Shown in pieces: positions 8,842 through 17,987 of a stretch of 64,000 nt of DNA (its first letter is position 1; the number at the start of each line of letters is the position of its first letter). The notes below the pieces were generated by a model that saw only the letters and a program-made list of their open reading frames with translations, was not told where the DNA came from and ran no database searches. This stretch comes from Candidatus Woesearchaeota archaeon (GTDB lineage: Archaea; Nanobdellota; Nanobdellia; Woesearchaeales; SKGA01). A program made the position numbers and the translations under genes. The stretch covers positions 1,632 to 65,631 of the forward strand of contig JBKHAG010000001.1 in assembly GCA_046543005.1 (NCBI GenBank), given 5' to 3'.

Positions 8842-10551
8842 ATGGAGAAAAATATGTTACGAACACACACATGCGCAGAATTACGAGCAACAGACGTAGA
8901 CCAAACAGTAACCCTTGCGGGTTGGGTTCATAGTATTCGAACTCACGGAGCACTAACCTTTATTGATATACGAGATCGTTATGGACGAACTCAACTCACT
9001 ATTGAAAATCTTAATCAAGAAATTGGTAAAGAGTTTGTTATTAGTGCAACAGGAATTGTGGTAAAAAAAGATCAACCAAATAAGGAACTCGCAACTGGAG
9101 AAATCGAAGTAAAAGTTGAAAAGCTTACTATTTTAAACACTTCAAAGGCTCTCCCCATAGATGAACACGCAACTGACGAAACAAAATTACAATATCGTTA
9201 TATTGATATCAGAAATAATAATGTTTTACAGCACTTAGCTTTTAGAAGTAAAGTTTCACACGCAACAAGAGAGTTTTTTGAACAAAATGAATTCTTAGAA
9301 ATTGAAACTCCTTATTTGATGAAATCAACACCGGAAGGTGCTCGAGATTATGTTGTTCCATCAAGAGTTAATCCAAACGAATTCTATGCACTTCCGCAAA
9401 GTCCTCAACTCTATAAACAGATTTTAATGATTGCTGGAGTGGATAAATATTATCAACTTGCACGAGCGCTTCGTGATGAAGATTTGCGTGCAGACAGACA
9501 ACCAGAACATACTCAAATAGATTTTGAAATGAGTTTTGTGCACCAATCTGACGTTCAAGAATTTACTGAAAAATTACTTAAACACATATTTAAAAAAACA
9601 ATGAATATAGAACTTGATAATTTTCCAGTCTTTAGTTATGATGAAGCTATGAGCCGGTTTGGCAGCGATAAACCAGATATTCGATTTGGACTGGAACTTT
9701 CCAATATTACTACAATTGCAAAAACTACAGAATTTAAAGTTTTTAATTCTGCAGACATGGTCAATGCCATTTTTATCGAAGAAAAATTATCTAGAAAACA
9801 AATTGACAAGTACACTGATTTTGTTAAAATCTATAAAGCAAAAGGTTTGGCCTACGCACAAGTTATAAATAATAAACTTGACGCAGGTATTAGTAAATTC
9901 TTAGACTCAACGACTCAAGAAAAAATTATTAAAGCAGTTGGATGCTCAGATAAAGAAGGTACCTTATTATTTGTTGCAGATAGTGAAAAAATATCTCAAA
10001 GCGCTCTTGGTTTTTTGCGAAAAAAACTTTCTGAAGATTTTAATCTTACAAACTCTGATGACTTCAAATTTTGTTGGGTTAATGATTTCCCTTTATTTTC
10101 TTATAATGAAGACGAACAACGATGGGAGCCAGAACACCACATGTTTAGTATGCCTAAAGAAGAATTCATTGATGACTTTGAACAACGACCTCAAGAAACA
10201 AAAGGCGACTTATGGGATTTGGTTCTTAACGGTTGGGAAATGGCATCAGGTTCTATTCGAGTAAGCAATCCTAAAATTCAAGAACGTATTATGAATTTTG
10301 TTGGCTTTGATAAAGAGGAAGCTCAAAAAAGATTTGGCTTTTTGTTACACGCATACGAATATGGGGGTCCTATTCATGGCGGAATGGGAATCGGTCTTGA
10401 TAGACTTGTTACGCTTATGCTAAAACTCTCAGATATTCGAGAAGTTATCGCGTTTCCAAAAAATAAACATGCGCAATGTCCAATGGATGGTTCGCCAAGT
10501 CGCATTTCACAAGAACAACTTGATGAACTTAACATCAGTTTAAAAAAATAA
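8842..10551 (+). CDS. aspS: Aspartyl-tRNA synthetase, bacterial type (with insertion/GAD-like domain, 569 aa)
   Basis: N-term OB fold MLRTHTCAELRATDVDQTVTLAGWVHSIRTHGALTFIDIRDRYG; motif 2 region QSPQLYKQILMIAGVDKYYQLARALRDEDLRADRQPEHTQIDFEMSF is the bacterial AspRS signature; class II motif 3 GGMGIGLDRLV. Confidence 0.85.
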   Translation: MEKNMLRTHTCAELRATDVDQTVTLAGWVHSIRTHGALTFIDIRDRYGRTQLTIENLNQEIGKEFVISATGIVVKKDQPNKELATGEIEVKVEKLTILNTSKALPIDEHATDETKLQYRYIDIRNNNVLQHLAFRSKVSHATREFFEQNEFLEIETPYLMKSTPEGARDYVVPSRVNPNEFYALPQSPQLYKQILMIAGVDKYYQLARALRDEDLRADRQPEHTQIDFEMSFVHQSDVQEFTEKLLKHIFKKTMNIELDNFPVFSYDEAMSRFGSDKPDIRFGLELSNITTIAKTTEFKVFNSADMVNAIFIEEKLSRKQIDKYTDFVKIYKAKGLAYAQVINNKLDAGISKFLDSTTQEKIIKAVGCSDKEGTLLFVADSEKISQSALGFLRKKLSEDFNLTNSDDFKFCWVNDFPLFSYNEDEQRWEPEHHMFSMPKEEFIDDFEQRPQETKGDLWDLVLNGWEMASGSIRVSNPKIQERIMNFVGFDKEEAQKRFGFLLHAYEYGGPIHGGMGIGLDRLVTLMLKLSDIREVIAFPKNKHAQCPMDGSPSRISQEQLDELNISLKK

Positions 10552-10596
10552 AACTATGCACACAAAAATAAACAAAAAATCCTTAGAGGTATAACG

Positions 10597-11892
10597 ATGA
10601 AAGAATTTCAAACTATAAAAGAAGCGATGAGTCAAGGAAAGGGTCGTGTAAATATTCGCGGCTGGGTCTATAGAGAAAGAGGTAATAAAAATATTCAGTT
10701 TATCGTTCTTCGTGACGCGCAACACATTATTCAATGTGTTGTTGAAAAACTAGTTGTTGGAGAGGATATGTTTGAGCAAGCAAGTAAAGTTCAAATTGAA
10801 ACTGCTATGAGTATTACCGGAGACATTGTTGCCGACAAGCGAGCACCATCAGGTTTTGAAATTAAAGTAAAAGAATTAGAAATTATTGGTGACTGCGACA
10901 CATTTCCTATTGCAAAAGATAATTCACCAGAATTTCTTCTTGATATTAGACATCTTGCTTTACGTACAAGAAAACAAGCAGCAATACTTCGTATTCGAAG
11001 TTCATATGTTCAAGCGCGCGAACAATTTTTCAAAGAAAAAGATTTTTTTAGATTTGATGCGCCAATTTTACAACCTAATCAAAGCGAAGGCGGAAGCACA
11101 TTATTTAGTGTGAATTATTATAAAGAAAAAACCTTCCTTTCACAAAGTTGGCAATTATATGCTGAAGCAGCAGTGAGTGCTCTTGAGCGAATTTACAATT
11201 TTGGTCCTACGTTTCGAGCTGAAAAAAGCAAAACTTCTCGTCATTTAAGCGAGTTTTGGATGGCCGAAATGGAAGCTGCTTGGTTTGATCTTAACGATAT
11301 TATTTCTTTTGCATTTGAAGAATTAAAATTTTGTATTCAACAAACTGTTAAAGAACGCAAAGAAGATTTTATTCTTCTTGGACAAGACCCTCAAGCGCTT
11401 CTTGAGATGTGCGATAAAGAATGGCCTGTTATGAAATACCGTGAAGCTCTTAGTTTAATTAAAGAAAAAGAAAATATGGATATTCCTTTTGGTAAAGATT
11501 TACGTACTGAAGAAGAAAAAGCATTGATGAATCATTTTGATACACCAGTTGCTGTAACGCATTATCCTGTAAAAGCAATGGCTTTTTACAAACCTCGAGA
11601 TCCGCAGTTTCCTGATGAAGCTCTTTGTGTAGATATTCTTTCACCAACAGGCGTGGAAATTACTGGCGGAAGTCAACGGTCTATGGATATTGAGGATATG
11701 AAAAAACGCCTTCAAGCAGAAGATGAAGATCCTGCAAATTACCAATGGTATTTTGATACAAGAATATATGGTGGTGTTCCACACAGTGGTTATGGTATTG
11801 GAACTGAACGAGTTATTCAATGGATCACAGGTACAGAAAACATCAAAGATTGTATTCCATTTCCTAGAACTATGCTTCGTTGGAGTCCATAA
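10597..11892 (+). CDS. asnS: Asparaginyl-tRNA synthetase
   Basis: FRAEKSKTSRHLSEFWMAEMEAAWF (AsnRS-type EFWM.E.E.A), GGSQRS...YGGVPHSGYGIGTERV class II motif 3; 431 aa. Confidence 0.75.
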   Translation: MKEFQTIKEAMSQGKGRVNIRGWVYRERGNKNIQFIVLRDAQHIIQCVVEKLVVGEDMFEQASKVQIETAMSITGDIVADKRAPSGFEIKVKELEIIGDCDTFPIAKDNSPEFLLDIRHLALRTRKQAAILRIRSSYVQAREQFFKEKDFFRFDAPILQPNQSEGGSTLFSVNYYKEKTFLSQSWQLYAEAAVSALERIYNFGPTFRAEKSKTSRHLSEFWMAEMEAAWFDLNDIISFAFEELKFCIQQTVKERKEDFILLGQDPQALLEMCDKEWPVMKYREALSLIKEKENMDIPFGKDLRTEEEKALMNHFDTPVAVTHYPVKAMAFYKPRDPQFPDEALCVDILSPTGVEITGGSQRSMDIEDMKKRLQAEDEDPANYQWYFDTRIYGGVPHSGYGIGTERVIQWITGTENIKDCIPFPRTMLRWSP

Positions 11893-11947
11893 ATACACTG
11901 CAGAGTGTTGTGTATTTGACCTGAAAAGTTGTTTTTATTTTAACTTT

Positions 11948-13165
11948 TTATTTTTCTAATATTGCTTCAATTTCGTGGATGACTCGTTCTACAAAAGCAG
12001 TTTTTTTCTCACCATCTGCAGGTTCAAGTGCTAAAGAATTAAGTAATTGATGTATTTTTTCTTGTTCTTTGACAAGTGTTAAGGTATCGTTTTCTTTACT
12101 ATATTGAGAAACAATTGTTTCTTCAATAGAAGATGCTCCTTGCGCAACAGCACTTTCTTGTTCTTCAAATTGATGTGCTCGCAAGGCATAGGTGTTTTTT
12201 AACACCATGTACGCACCAGCAGAATATAATTCTTGAATTGCTTGTTGCATATCAATATCTGAAGGTGTTCCTTGTAGTAAAGTTCCTTGTATTCTAAGCA
12301 AAACAAGCGCCCCTTCAAACACATTTTGAGTAACGAGATCAAATAATTCTTGAGTTACTTGTTGAGGTGTTTTATCTTGAGCATTAACAGTAAAAACAAT
12401 CACCGGTTGAGAGGGTATTGGCACATGAGAAAATTTTTGCTTTTGAGTATCATCATAGAAAACAAAAGAACCTGTTTTTAATTTTTCAAGTTCTGAAAAA
12501 TTGTTAGGAAATGTAGGTCCTGGAAACACTACTGCTTTATGAGAAGTATCAGAATAGGACTTTTTAATATGTACATGACCGCCCGCATAGTAATCACATC
12601 CTGAAGGTAAATATGCAATATCTTGGCTTTGCATAGTTGCGAGTTCAGGAGGTTGAAGTTGAGTGATTGCGCCATGAAATAAAAAAATAGTTGGTGCGTT
12701 TTCAGGTAATTGTAAAGGCGCTAGTTGTTTATAAAAAACGCTATCTAGTTGTCCTTTCTTACCACTAATACCTGTAATATGGGCATTTGTTTTAGCATCA
12801 ATAGTCCACTTTAAATGCAATTTTTCGTTGTCATCAATATCTCCTTGCATAACATTTATGAGTAAACCCGTAAGAGCTAAAATATCAATCATTGTTTTTC
12901 CGCGAGCACTCGCGTCATGACTTCCTGCTATTGCATAAATAGGAATATTATTTTTTTGTAATTGGCTTAATTGTTCAACAACAAATTCTAGTGCTTCAAG
13001 TCGAGGAAGTGCAGTATTAAAAAGATCTCCTGCAATGAGCACGAAATCAACAGATTCTTTAATGGCATAATCAATAACGTAAGAAAAACTTTGCAAACCT
13101 AAATCTGCTAATCGAGGGTCTTTAAATCCATCAATGTGGGAATCTGCAAAGTGCACGAATTTCAT
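11948..13165 (-). CDS. mre11: Mre11/SbcD-like calcineurin-type metallophosphoesterase (DNA repair nuclease); start corrected to internal ATG
   Basis: MKFVHFADSHIDGF...FVLIAGDLFNTALP...GSHDAS...GGHVHI phosphoesterase motifs I-V; ORF-track N-terminal 92 codons are Cys/Phe-rich junk overlapping the divergent promoter; ATG at 13163-13165. Confidence 0.7.
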   Translation of the reverse strand: MKFVHFADSHIDGFKDPRLADLGLQSFSYVIDYAIKESVDFVLIAGDLFNTALPRLEALEFVVEQLSQLQKNNIPIYAIAGSHDASARGKTMIDILALTGLLINVMQGDIDDNEKLHLKWTIDAKTNAHITGISGKKGQLDSVFYKQLAPLQLPENAPTIFLFHGAITQLQPPELATMQSQDIAYLPSGCDYYAGGHVHIKKSYSDTSHKAVVFPGPTFPNNFSELEKLKTGSFVFYDDTQKQKFSHVPIPSQPVIVFTVNAQDKTPQQVTQELFDLVTQNVFEGALVLLRIQGTLLQGTPSDIDMQQAIQELYSAGAYMVLKNTYALRAHQFEEQESAVAQGASSIEETIVSQYSKENDTLTLVKEQEKIHQLLNSLALEPADGEKKTAFVERVIHEIEAILEK

Positions 13166-13271
13166 AAAAAAGAGAAAGTAAACTCTGTTTATTAAAGCTT
13201 GCGAAAAATAAAAAGCACACAAAAAACTTGTAAAGCAAAAGATTTTTAAAAACAAACAAAGTAAATACAAA

Positions 13272-13883
13272 ATGAAACATAAAACTAAAATTTTTGTACT
13301 CCACGGCGGATGCACACATTCAAGTAGAAAAAAATATGAAACGTTTCTAAAATCGATTACTATTTCATTACATAAAAGAAAACATTGGCGAAAAGAATAT
13401 CTTACTAAAAAATTAAAAAAATATGAAATAATTGCTCCCACGATGCCTCTAAAAGAAAACGCTAAGTATAAAGATTGGAAAATAATTTTTGAAAAATATA
13501 TGCAACAAATGGATGAAGATATTATTTTAATAGGCGAATCATTAGGAGGTATTTTTTTAGCAAAATATTTATCTGAAAATAAGATTAAAAAAAATATTTT
13601 AGGGACGTATCTTGTCGCACCACCTTTTGATAATGAGTTATCTAATGAAGAATTAGTTGGTGGTTTTAATTTACCAAAAGATATTTCACTATTACAAAAA
13701 CAAAATAAACACTTACACTTATTTTTTTCAAAAGACGATCCTGTTGTTAATATTGAACAAGCAAAAAAATACCAACAACAACTTGAAGAAAAAACAATTC
13801 ATATTTTTGAAAGTAAAAACGGACATTTTAGAGTTGAAAAATTTCCTGAACTTATAAAATTAATAAAAAAAGAGTGTCGCTAA
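13272..13883 (+). CDS. Alpha/beta-fold serine hydrolase (esterase-like), 203 aa
   Basis: IFVLHGG near N-terminus; nucleophile elbow GESLGG (G-x-S-x-G); putative His in ...NGHF. Confidence 0.5.
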   Translation: MKHKTKIFVLHGGCTHSSRKKYETFLKSITISLHKRKHWRKEYLTKKLKKYEIIAPTMPLKENAKYKDWKIIFEKYMQQMDEDIILIGESLGGIFLAKYLSENKIKKNILGTYLVAPPFDNELSNEELVGGFNLPKDISLLQKQNKHLHLFFSKDDPVVNIEQAKKYQQQLEEKTIHIFESKNGHFRVEKFPELIKLIKKECR

Positions 13884-14885
13884 TTATTGTGTTAGTACAT
13901 AAACGCATCGAGTCAAGGACTTATGAATATAAATTTCATGACGTTGTATGATTTTCCAATGCGTCCCTTTAAGAAGGTCCTCAAGGCTTAGTTCTGCTAA
14001 CAGCCCCACCACGACACGATTAGTTGTATTTTGAGCGTGTTTAAAAAATTTCTTGTAAAAAAAATTTTTGTCAAGAGAAAGAGAACTATTTTGTCCATAG
14101 GGCAAATCAGTCACAATGCAAGGCAATCTTTTTTTGATATCAAAAAAATCTTCTTTTTTTACAACAATATCAACACCGAAATAGTTTGCATTTTTTGTTG
14201 TAGCAAGAACCATATCTTGGCGTATATCGCTTCCTTTTGCAATAAAGCCTTGCAGTGCTGCTTCAATGAGTAATCCTCCTGCACCACAAAAAGGATCAAT
14301 AATACTATTACTTTGCGCTAATAAATTCATTGCTTTGGCTATTTTTGGATGTATAGCAATAGGCTTACTTACTGCTTGTAAGTGTGCTCTTCGCTGACGA
14401 GGAGAATCTTCATTTGTTGCTATAAGTTCTAAAATGTATAACATCTCTTTTGTTTGTAAAACATAAAACGTTTTTTTAGGTTTTGATAAATTTACTTTAT
14501 AGGATAGTTCTTTTGCAACATATTTTTGTAAATCTCGTGTTAAAAAAGAAATTGATTGAGTGTCTCCCTTTTTTTGTTTTACACAATAATTATCTTGAGC
14601 ATGAGCGTTTAACGTTTTTACACAAGAGCGAAATAATCGTTCTTTTTTTTGAGCATCAAAAGATGCACCGTCAAATAAAATAGCCAGTGAAAAAGAATCC
14701 AAAACATTGCAAGATTCTTTTGCAAAACCAAATAAAGAAATGTCTTTTTCAAAAATAACTGTGGGCGTTAAAAAAATTCCTTGAGCAATAGAAAATAATT
14801 TTTCTTTAAAAAAAGATTCTAATTCTGCTTGTGCTAAACCCACATGTTCTTTTGAAGAAAAAATAATTCCTGCCATTATAATCAC
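13884..14885 (-). CDS. SAM-dependent RNA (guanine-N2/adenine-N6 family) methyltransferase, probably THUMP-type tRNA m2G methyltransferase (Trm14/RlmL-like)
   Basis: SAM motif I IDPFCGAGGLLIEAAL, motif IV VTDLPYG (D/N-PPY variant); N-terminal ~150 aa domain preceding the MTase. Confidence 0.5.
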   Translation of the reverse strand: MIIMAGIIFSSKEHVGLAQAELESFFKEKLFSIAQGIFLTPTVIFEKDISLFGFAKESCNVLDSFSLAILFDGASFDAQKKERLFRSCVKTLNAHAQDNYCVKQKKGDTQSISFLTRDLQKYVAKELSYKVNLSKPKKTFYVLQTKEMLYILELIATNEDSPRQRRAHLQAVSKPIAIHPKIAKAMNLLAQSNSIIDPFCGAGGLLIEAALQGFIAKGSDIRQDMVLATTKNANYFGVDIVVKKEDFFDIKKRLPCIVTDLPYGQNSSLSLDKNFFYKKFFKHAQNTTNRVVVGLLAELSLEDLLKGTHWKIIQRHEIYIHKSLTRCVYVLTQ

Positions 14886-14894
14886 AATAACTTT

Positions 14895-16250
14895 TTACGT
14901 ATCCCAGCTTTGAATAATATGTTTTGCTAAAAGCAATCCTCGAGCAAGTGTTGAGCTATTTGGATTAAATTCTAAGGAACGAATAATTGTTTGGCATTCA
15001 TTACCAAAAGAGTCATTATTTTTTTGCTGTGCTAAAAAAGTTATAAGACCTTGTATGAGCATTCCTGTTTCTTGAGTACCAACGCCTGTTTGAAGAGGTT
15101 GACCTAATTCATCATAAGAATGTACAAGTTGATCTGTAGAAGGTAAAGAGAGGTCTTTAGCTAAAGAATTTTGTTCTTGAGATTCAAACTCTAAAAAATC
15201 CTCTTCTGAAAATAAGTCTAAGGAATTAGATTGAAGAGTACCTGATTCTTCTGATTTTTGAGAATCAGAAGCTACCTCTTCAAGAGTTGTTTGTTGTTCT
15301 TGAACATATTCAGGTTCTAAGACATCAATACAATACAAATTTTTATGTTTATCTGCAACAAACTCCATATGAAAAGAATCTTTATCTAAAAAGTGTGAAA
15401 CTTTTTTTGTTAATCTAGCAACTTCTAAAAGAAGGGGATCGGGAGCGCTTTGAGCTGAACTCATAGTCATATAATGTTTAGGCATTGCCATGTTTGATTC
15501 CATGTCAAATACAACAACTTTTTTTTGTTTTACCACACTTCGAGAAGTTATTTTTAAAAAATCAATTGATGTTGTAAACACATCTCGTTGTACGGTATTG
15601 GTGTAATCTAAAAAACCCGTATAACTTTTTATAGTAATTGTATTTGCTTCTTCATCAAAATCAGATTCCAAACAAGTCGTTACCAAAGGAAGTCTTGTTA
15701 AAACTACTGCCATAGAGAATTCTTTAATTTCTTTTTTTTGACGATAATCAATAGAGCTTGGACAAAATGCGCTTAAATAAACGCTCTTTAGTCGCTTTAA
15801 AAAGCTTTCAAAATTATTTTTTGTTATGAGGCGTCCCCGACAAATACCATCGGCATCTTCATAGCTTGTACTTCTTCGAAGAGTAAGAATATGGCGTTCA
15901 GATTTTGTTAAATCATTAAGATTATCTGTATCAAGACAAACAAGTTCATAGCATTCACGAAGTTGTTGAAGAACGCTTTGGGGAAAATCAGCATGTTCAA
16001 AAACACTTGCTAATTCTGCAAATGCGCTTACTTGTTCTTCTTTTCGCAACGTACCTTCTAAAAAAGGTCGAATACGTTCACCTAAAGCATTGTAAGATAC
16101 AAATTCAAAAAAAACATCGCTTGTTATAACCAGTGAAAAAGGAACATTAAAATCTTTTTCTAAATGCGAAAGAATAGTTGCTTTAACACCTACAACGAAA
16201 TCATCTTCTTGTAGTGCTGATTTTAAAGGTAGATATGTTCTCATTAACAA
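14895..16250 (-). CDS. PEP-utilising-enzyme N-terminal ATP-grasp (PPDK_N/PEP synthase-like) domain protein with acidic C-terminal extension
   Basis: VGVKATILSHL..NVPFSLVITSDVFFEF (cf. GGKxAxLxxM..G.PVP.GF.ITT.AY..F); RRSTSYEDADGICRGR (cf. VRSSA.EDL...FAGQ); ...LYCIDVLEPEY (cf. L.ILQ.RP). Confidence 0.5.
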   Translation of the reverse strand: MLMRTYLPLKSALQEDDFVVGVKATILSHLEKDFNVPFSLVITSDVFFEFVSYNALGERIRPFLEGTLRKEEQVSAFAELASVFEHADFPQSVLQQLRECYELVCLDTDNLNDLTKSERHILTLRRSTSYEDADGICRGRLITKNNFESFLKRLKSVYLSAFCPSSIDYRQKKEIKEFSMAVVLTRLPLVTTCLESDFDEEANTITIKSYTGFLDYTNTVQRDVFTTSIDFLKITSRSVVKQKKVVVFDMESNMAMPKHYMTMSSAQSAPDPLLLEVARLTKKVSHFLDKDSFHMEFVADKHKNLYCIDVLEPEYVQEQQTTLEEVASDSQKSEESGTLQSNSLDLFSEEDFLEFESQEQNSLAKDLSLPSTDQLVHSYDELGQPLQTGVGTQETGMLIQGLITFLAQQKNNDSFGNECQTIIRSLEFNPNSSTLARGLLLAKHIIQSWDT

Positions 16251-16335
16251 AGCATACTACTCAGAAGTTTATAAAACTTACTTTACATAAAACAAAGTAG
16301 TAAAAAATAATAAAAAGGCAAGAAAAACAAAGTTA

Positions 16336-16503
16336 GGCTTTGTTTAAAATACTGTACATCTGCATACTGCGCGTTATTTTGATTATTATTATTATCGGTT
16401 TGGGACAAATAACGAGCAGGCGCTAAACAGGTAAGCACATAGCCAGATTACTGTTTGTGTTGTAATTGACAATATACATAAAAACTCCTTTTTGAACAAG
16501 GCC
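16336..16503 (+). repeat. MITE-like intergenic repeat element, copy B (168 bp)
   Basis: GGCTTTGTTTAAAATACTGTACATCTGCATACTGCGCG...ACAAATAACGAGCAGGCGCTAAACAGGTAAGCACATAGCCAGATTACTGTTTGTGTTGTAATTGACAATATACATAAAAACTCCTTTTTGAACAAGGCC; shorter ATT tract than copies A/C. Confidence 0.7.
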
Positions 16504-16558
16504 AACAAAAAGCAACATTTATAAACGATTATTTGTTAAATGCGCGTGAGGTGAGTGG

Positions 16559-17971
16559 GTGAATTTTGATATTATTACATTGGGAAGCGCAACAGTAGAT
16601 GTTTTTGCAAGTTCTGAGTCCCAACTTATAAAATTAGTCTCATCTCATAGTGAAGAAGATTTTATTGCGTTTCGCAGCGGCGATAAAATTTTAGTTTCAG
16701 ATCTTAAAATAACTACTGGAGGAGGCGGTACAAACACAGCAGTTTCATTTAGTAGATTAGGATTAAAAACAGGTTTTTGCGGAGTTGTTGGAAAAGATAT
16801 ATATGCTAAACAAATTCTTGATGAATTATCTCAAGAAGAGGTCACTTTTTTAGGAACTCAACTTGGTAAAAGCGGTTATTCGGTTATTTTTGATTCAGTA
16901 GAACATGATAGAGTTATTCTTGCATTTAAAGGATCTAATAATAGTTTATCTTTTGAAGCAATAAAATCAACAATTGAGCAAGTACAAACAAAATGGGTAT
17001 ATTCATCATCAGTGTTAGATGAATCATTTTCTAGTGCGGTTACAATATGTTCACTTCTTAAAAAAAAAGGTGCGCGTATCGCATGGAATCCTTCATTATA
17101 TCAAACAAAATTAGGACCTCGAGTATTACAACCTTTTCTTTCACTCCTTGATGTATTAATTTTAAATAAAGAAGAGGCCAAAGCATTTTTACAAACCAAT
17201 AAAGAAGATGAACAAATATCTGCTCTTTTAAAACGACTTCAAAAACACACCAGTGCAACATATATTATTATTACAGACGGTAAAAAAGGAGCATTTTGTT
17301 CTTATAATAACAATCTCTATTTTATTTCACCAAGCCCAAATATAGAAGTTAAAGAAACAACAGGTGCAGGAGATGCGTTTGCAAGCGGCTTTGTAACAGG
17401 ACTTAGTAAAAATTATTCTTGTGAAGACGCTCTTACCTTAGGTATGTTAAATTCTGAACACGTCATCAGTGCTCAAGGAGCAAAAACTAATTTATTACAC
17501 GCTCAAAGCTCTCATAAGCTCATCCCTTCATTTAAAGGAAAAATTTTGAAAAACGCATTAACAAATGCTCATGAACAAGAATTAGACGAGCAAGAAAAAA
17601 AAGTAAACGATTCTCAAAACAAAAAAGTAAGCAACGAAATAAATAAACAACAAAACATGCAAAATACAAGTACTATTAAAGAAAAAACTAATGTAAGCAC
17701 AAAAGAAAAAGTAAATAAGAGTGAGCATAAAACAAACAATCCGTTTATATTAAAAAATGCAGATAAAATCTATTCACTTGAAGAATTATATGATGCTTTA
17801 CGAACATTGCCTAAAAGCACATTTATGTTTCATGTGAATAATAAAGAAAATCATTTTGCTCAATGGATACGCGATTGTTTTATATTACCTGAACTTGCTC
17901 AACTTGTTGCACGAGAAAAAACAAAAATAGGAATTCAACTCGCGTTAAAAACATATATTGACAAAAAATAA
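16559..17971 (+). CDS. PfkB/ribokinase-family carbohydrate (or nucleoside) kinase with ~150-aa Lys/Asn-rich C-terminal extension
   Basis: N-terminal DIITLGSATVDVF, glycine motif TTGGGGTN, PfkB signature TGAGDAFASGFVTGL; the kinase domain ends ~aa 320, followed by a low-complexity linker and a ~70-aa terminal module. Confidence 0.7.
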   Translation: MNFDIITLGSATVDVFASSESQLIKLVSSHSEEDFIAFRSGDKILVSDLKITTGGGGTNTAVSFSRLGLKTGFCGVVGKDIYAKQILDELSQEEVTFLGTQLGKSGYSVIFDSVEHDRVILAFKGSNNSLSFEAIKSTIEQVQTKWVYSSSVLDESFSSAVTICSLLKKKGARIAWNPSLYQTKLGPRVLQPFLSLLDVLILNKEEAKAFLQTNKEDEQISALLKRLQKHTSATYIIITDGKKGAFCSYNNNLYFISPSPNIEVKETTGAGDAFASGFVTGLSKNYSCEDALTLGMLNSEHVISAQGAKTNLLHAQSSHKLIPSFKGKILKNALTNAHEQELDEQEKKVNDSQNKKVSNEINKQQNMQNTSTIKEKTNVSTKEKVNKSEHKTNNPFILKNADKIYSLEELYDALRTLPKSTFMFHVNNKENHFAQWIRDCFILPELAQLVAREKTKIGIQLALKTYIDKK

Positions 17972-17987
17972 CTTTGGTGACTAGTAC

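Noticed and set aside
13166-13441. N-terminal 92 codons of the ORF-track Mre11 call
   Set aside because: They are Cys/Phe-rich, overlap the divergent promoter and the start of 13272-13883, and precede the canonical phosphoesterase motif I. The internal ATG at 13165 was used instead.
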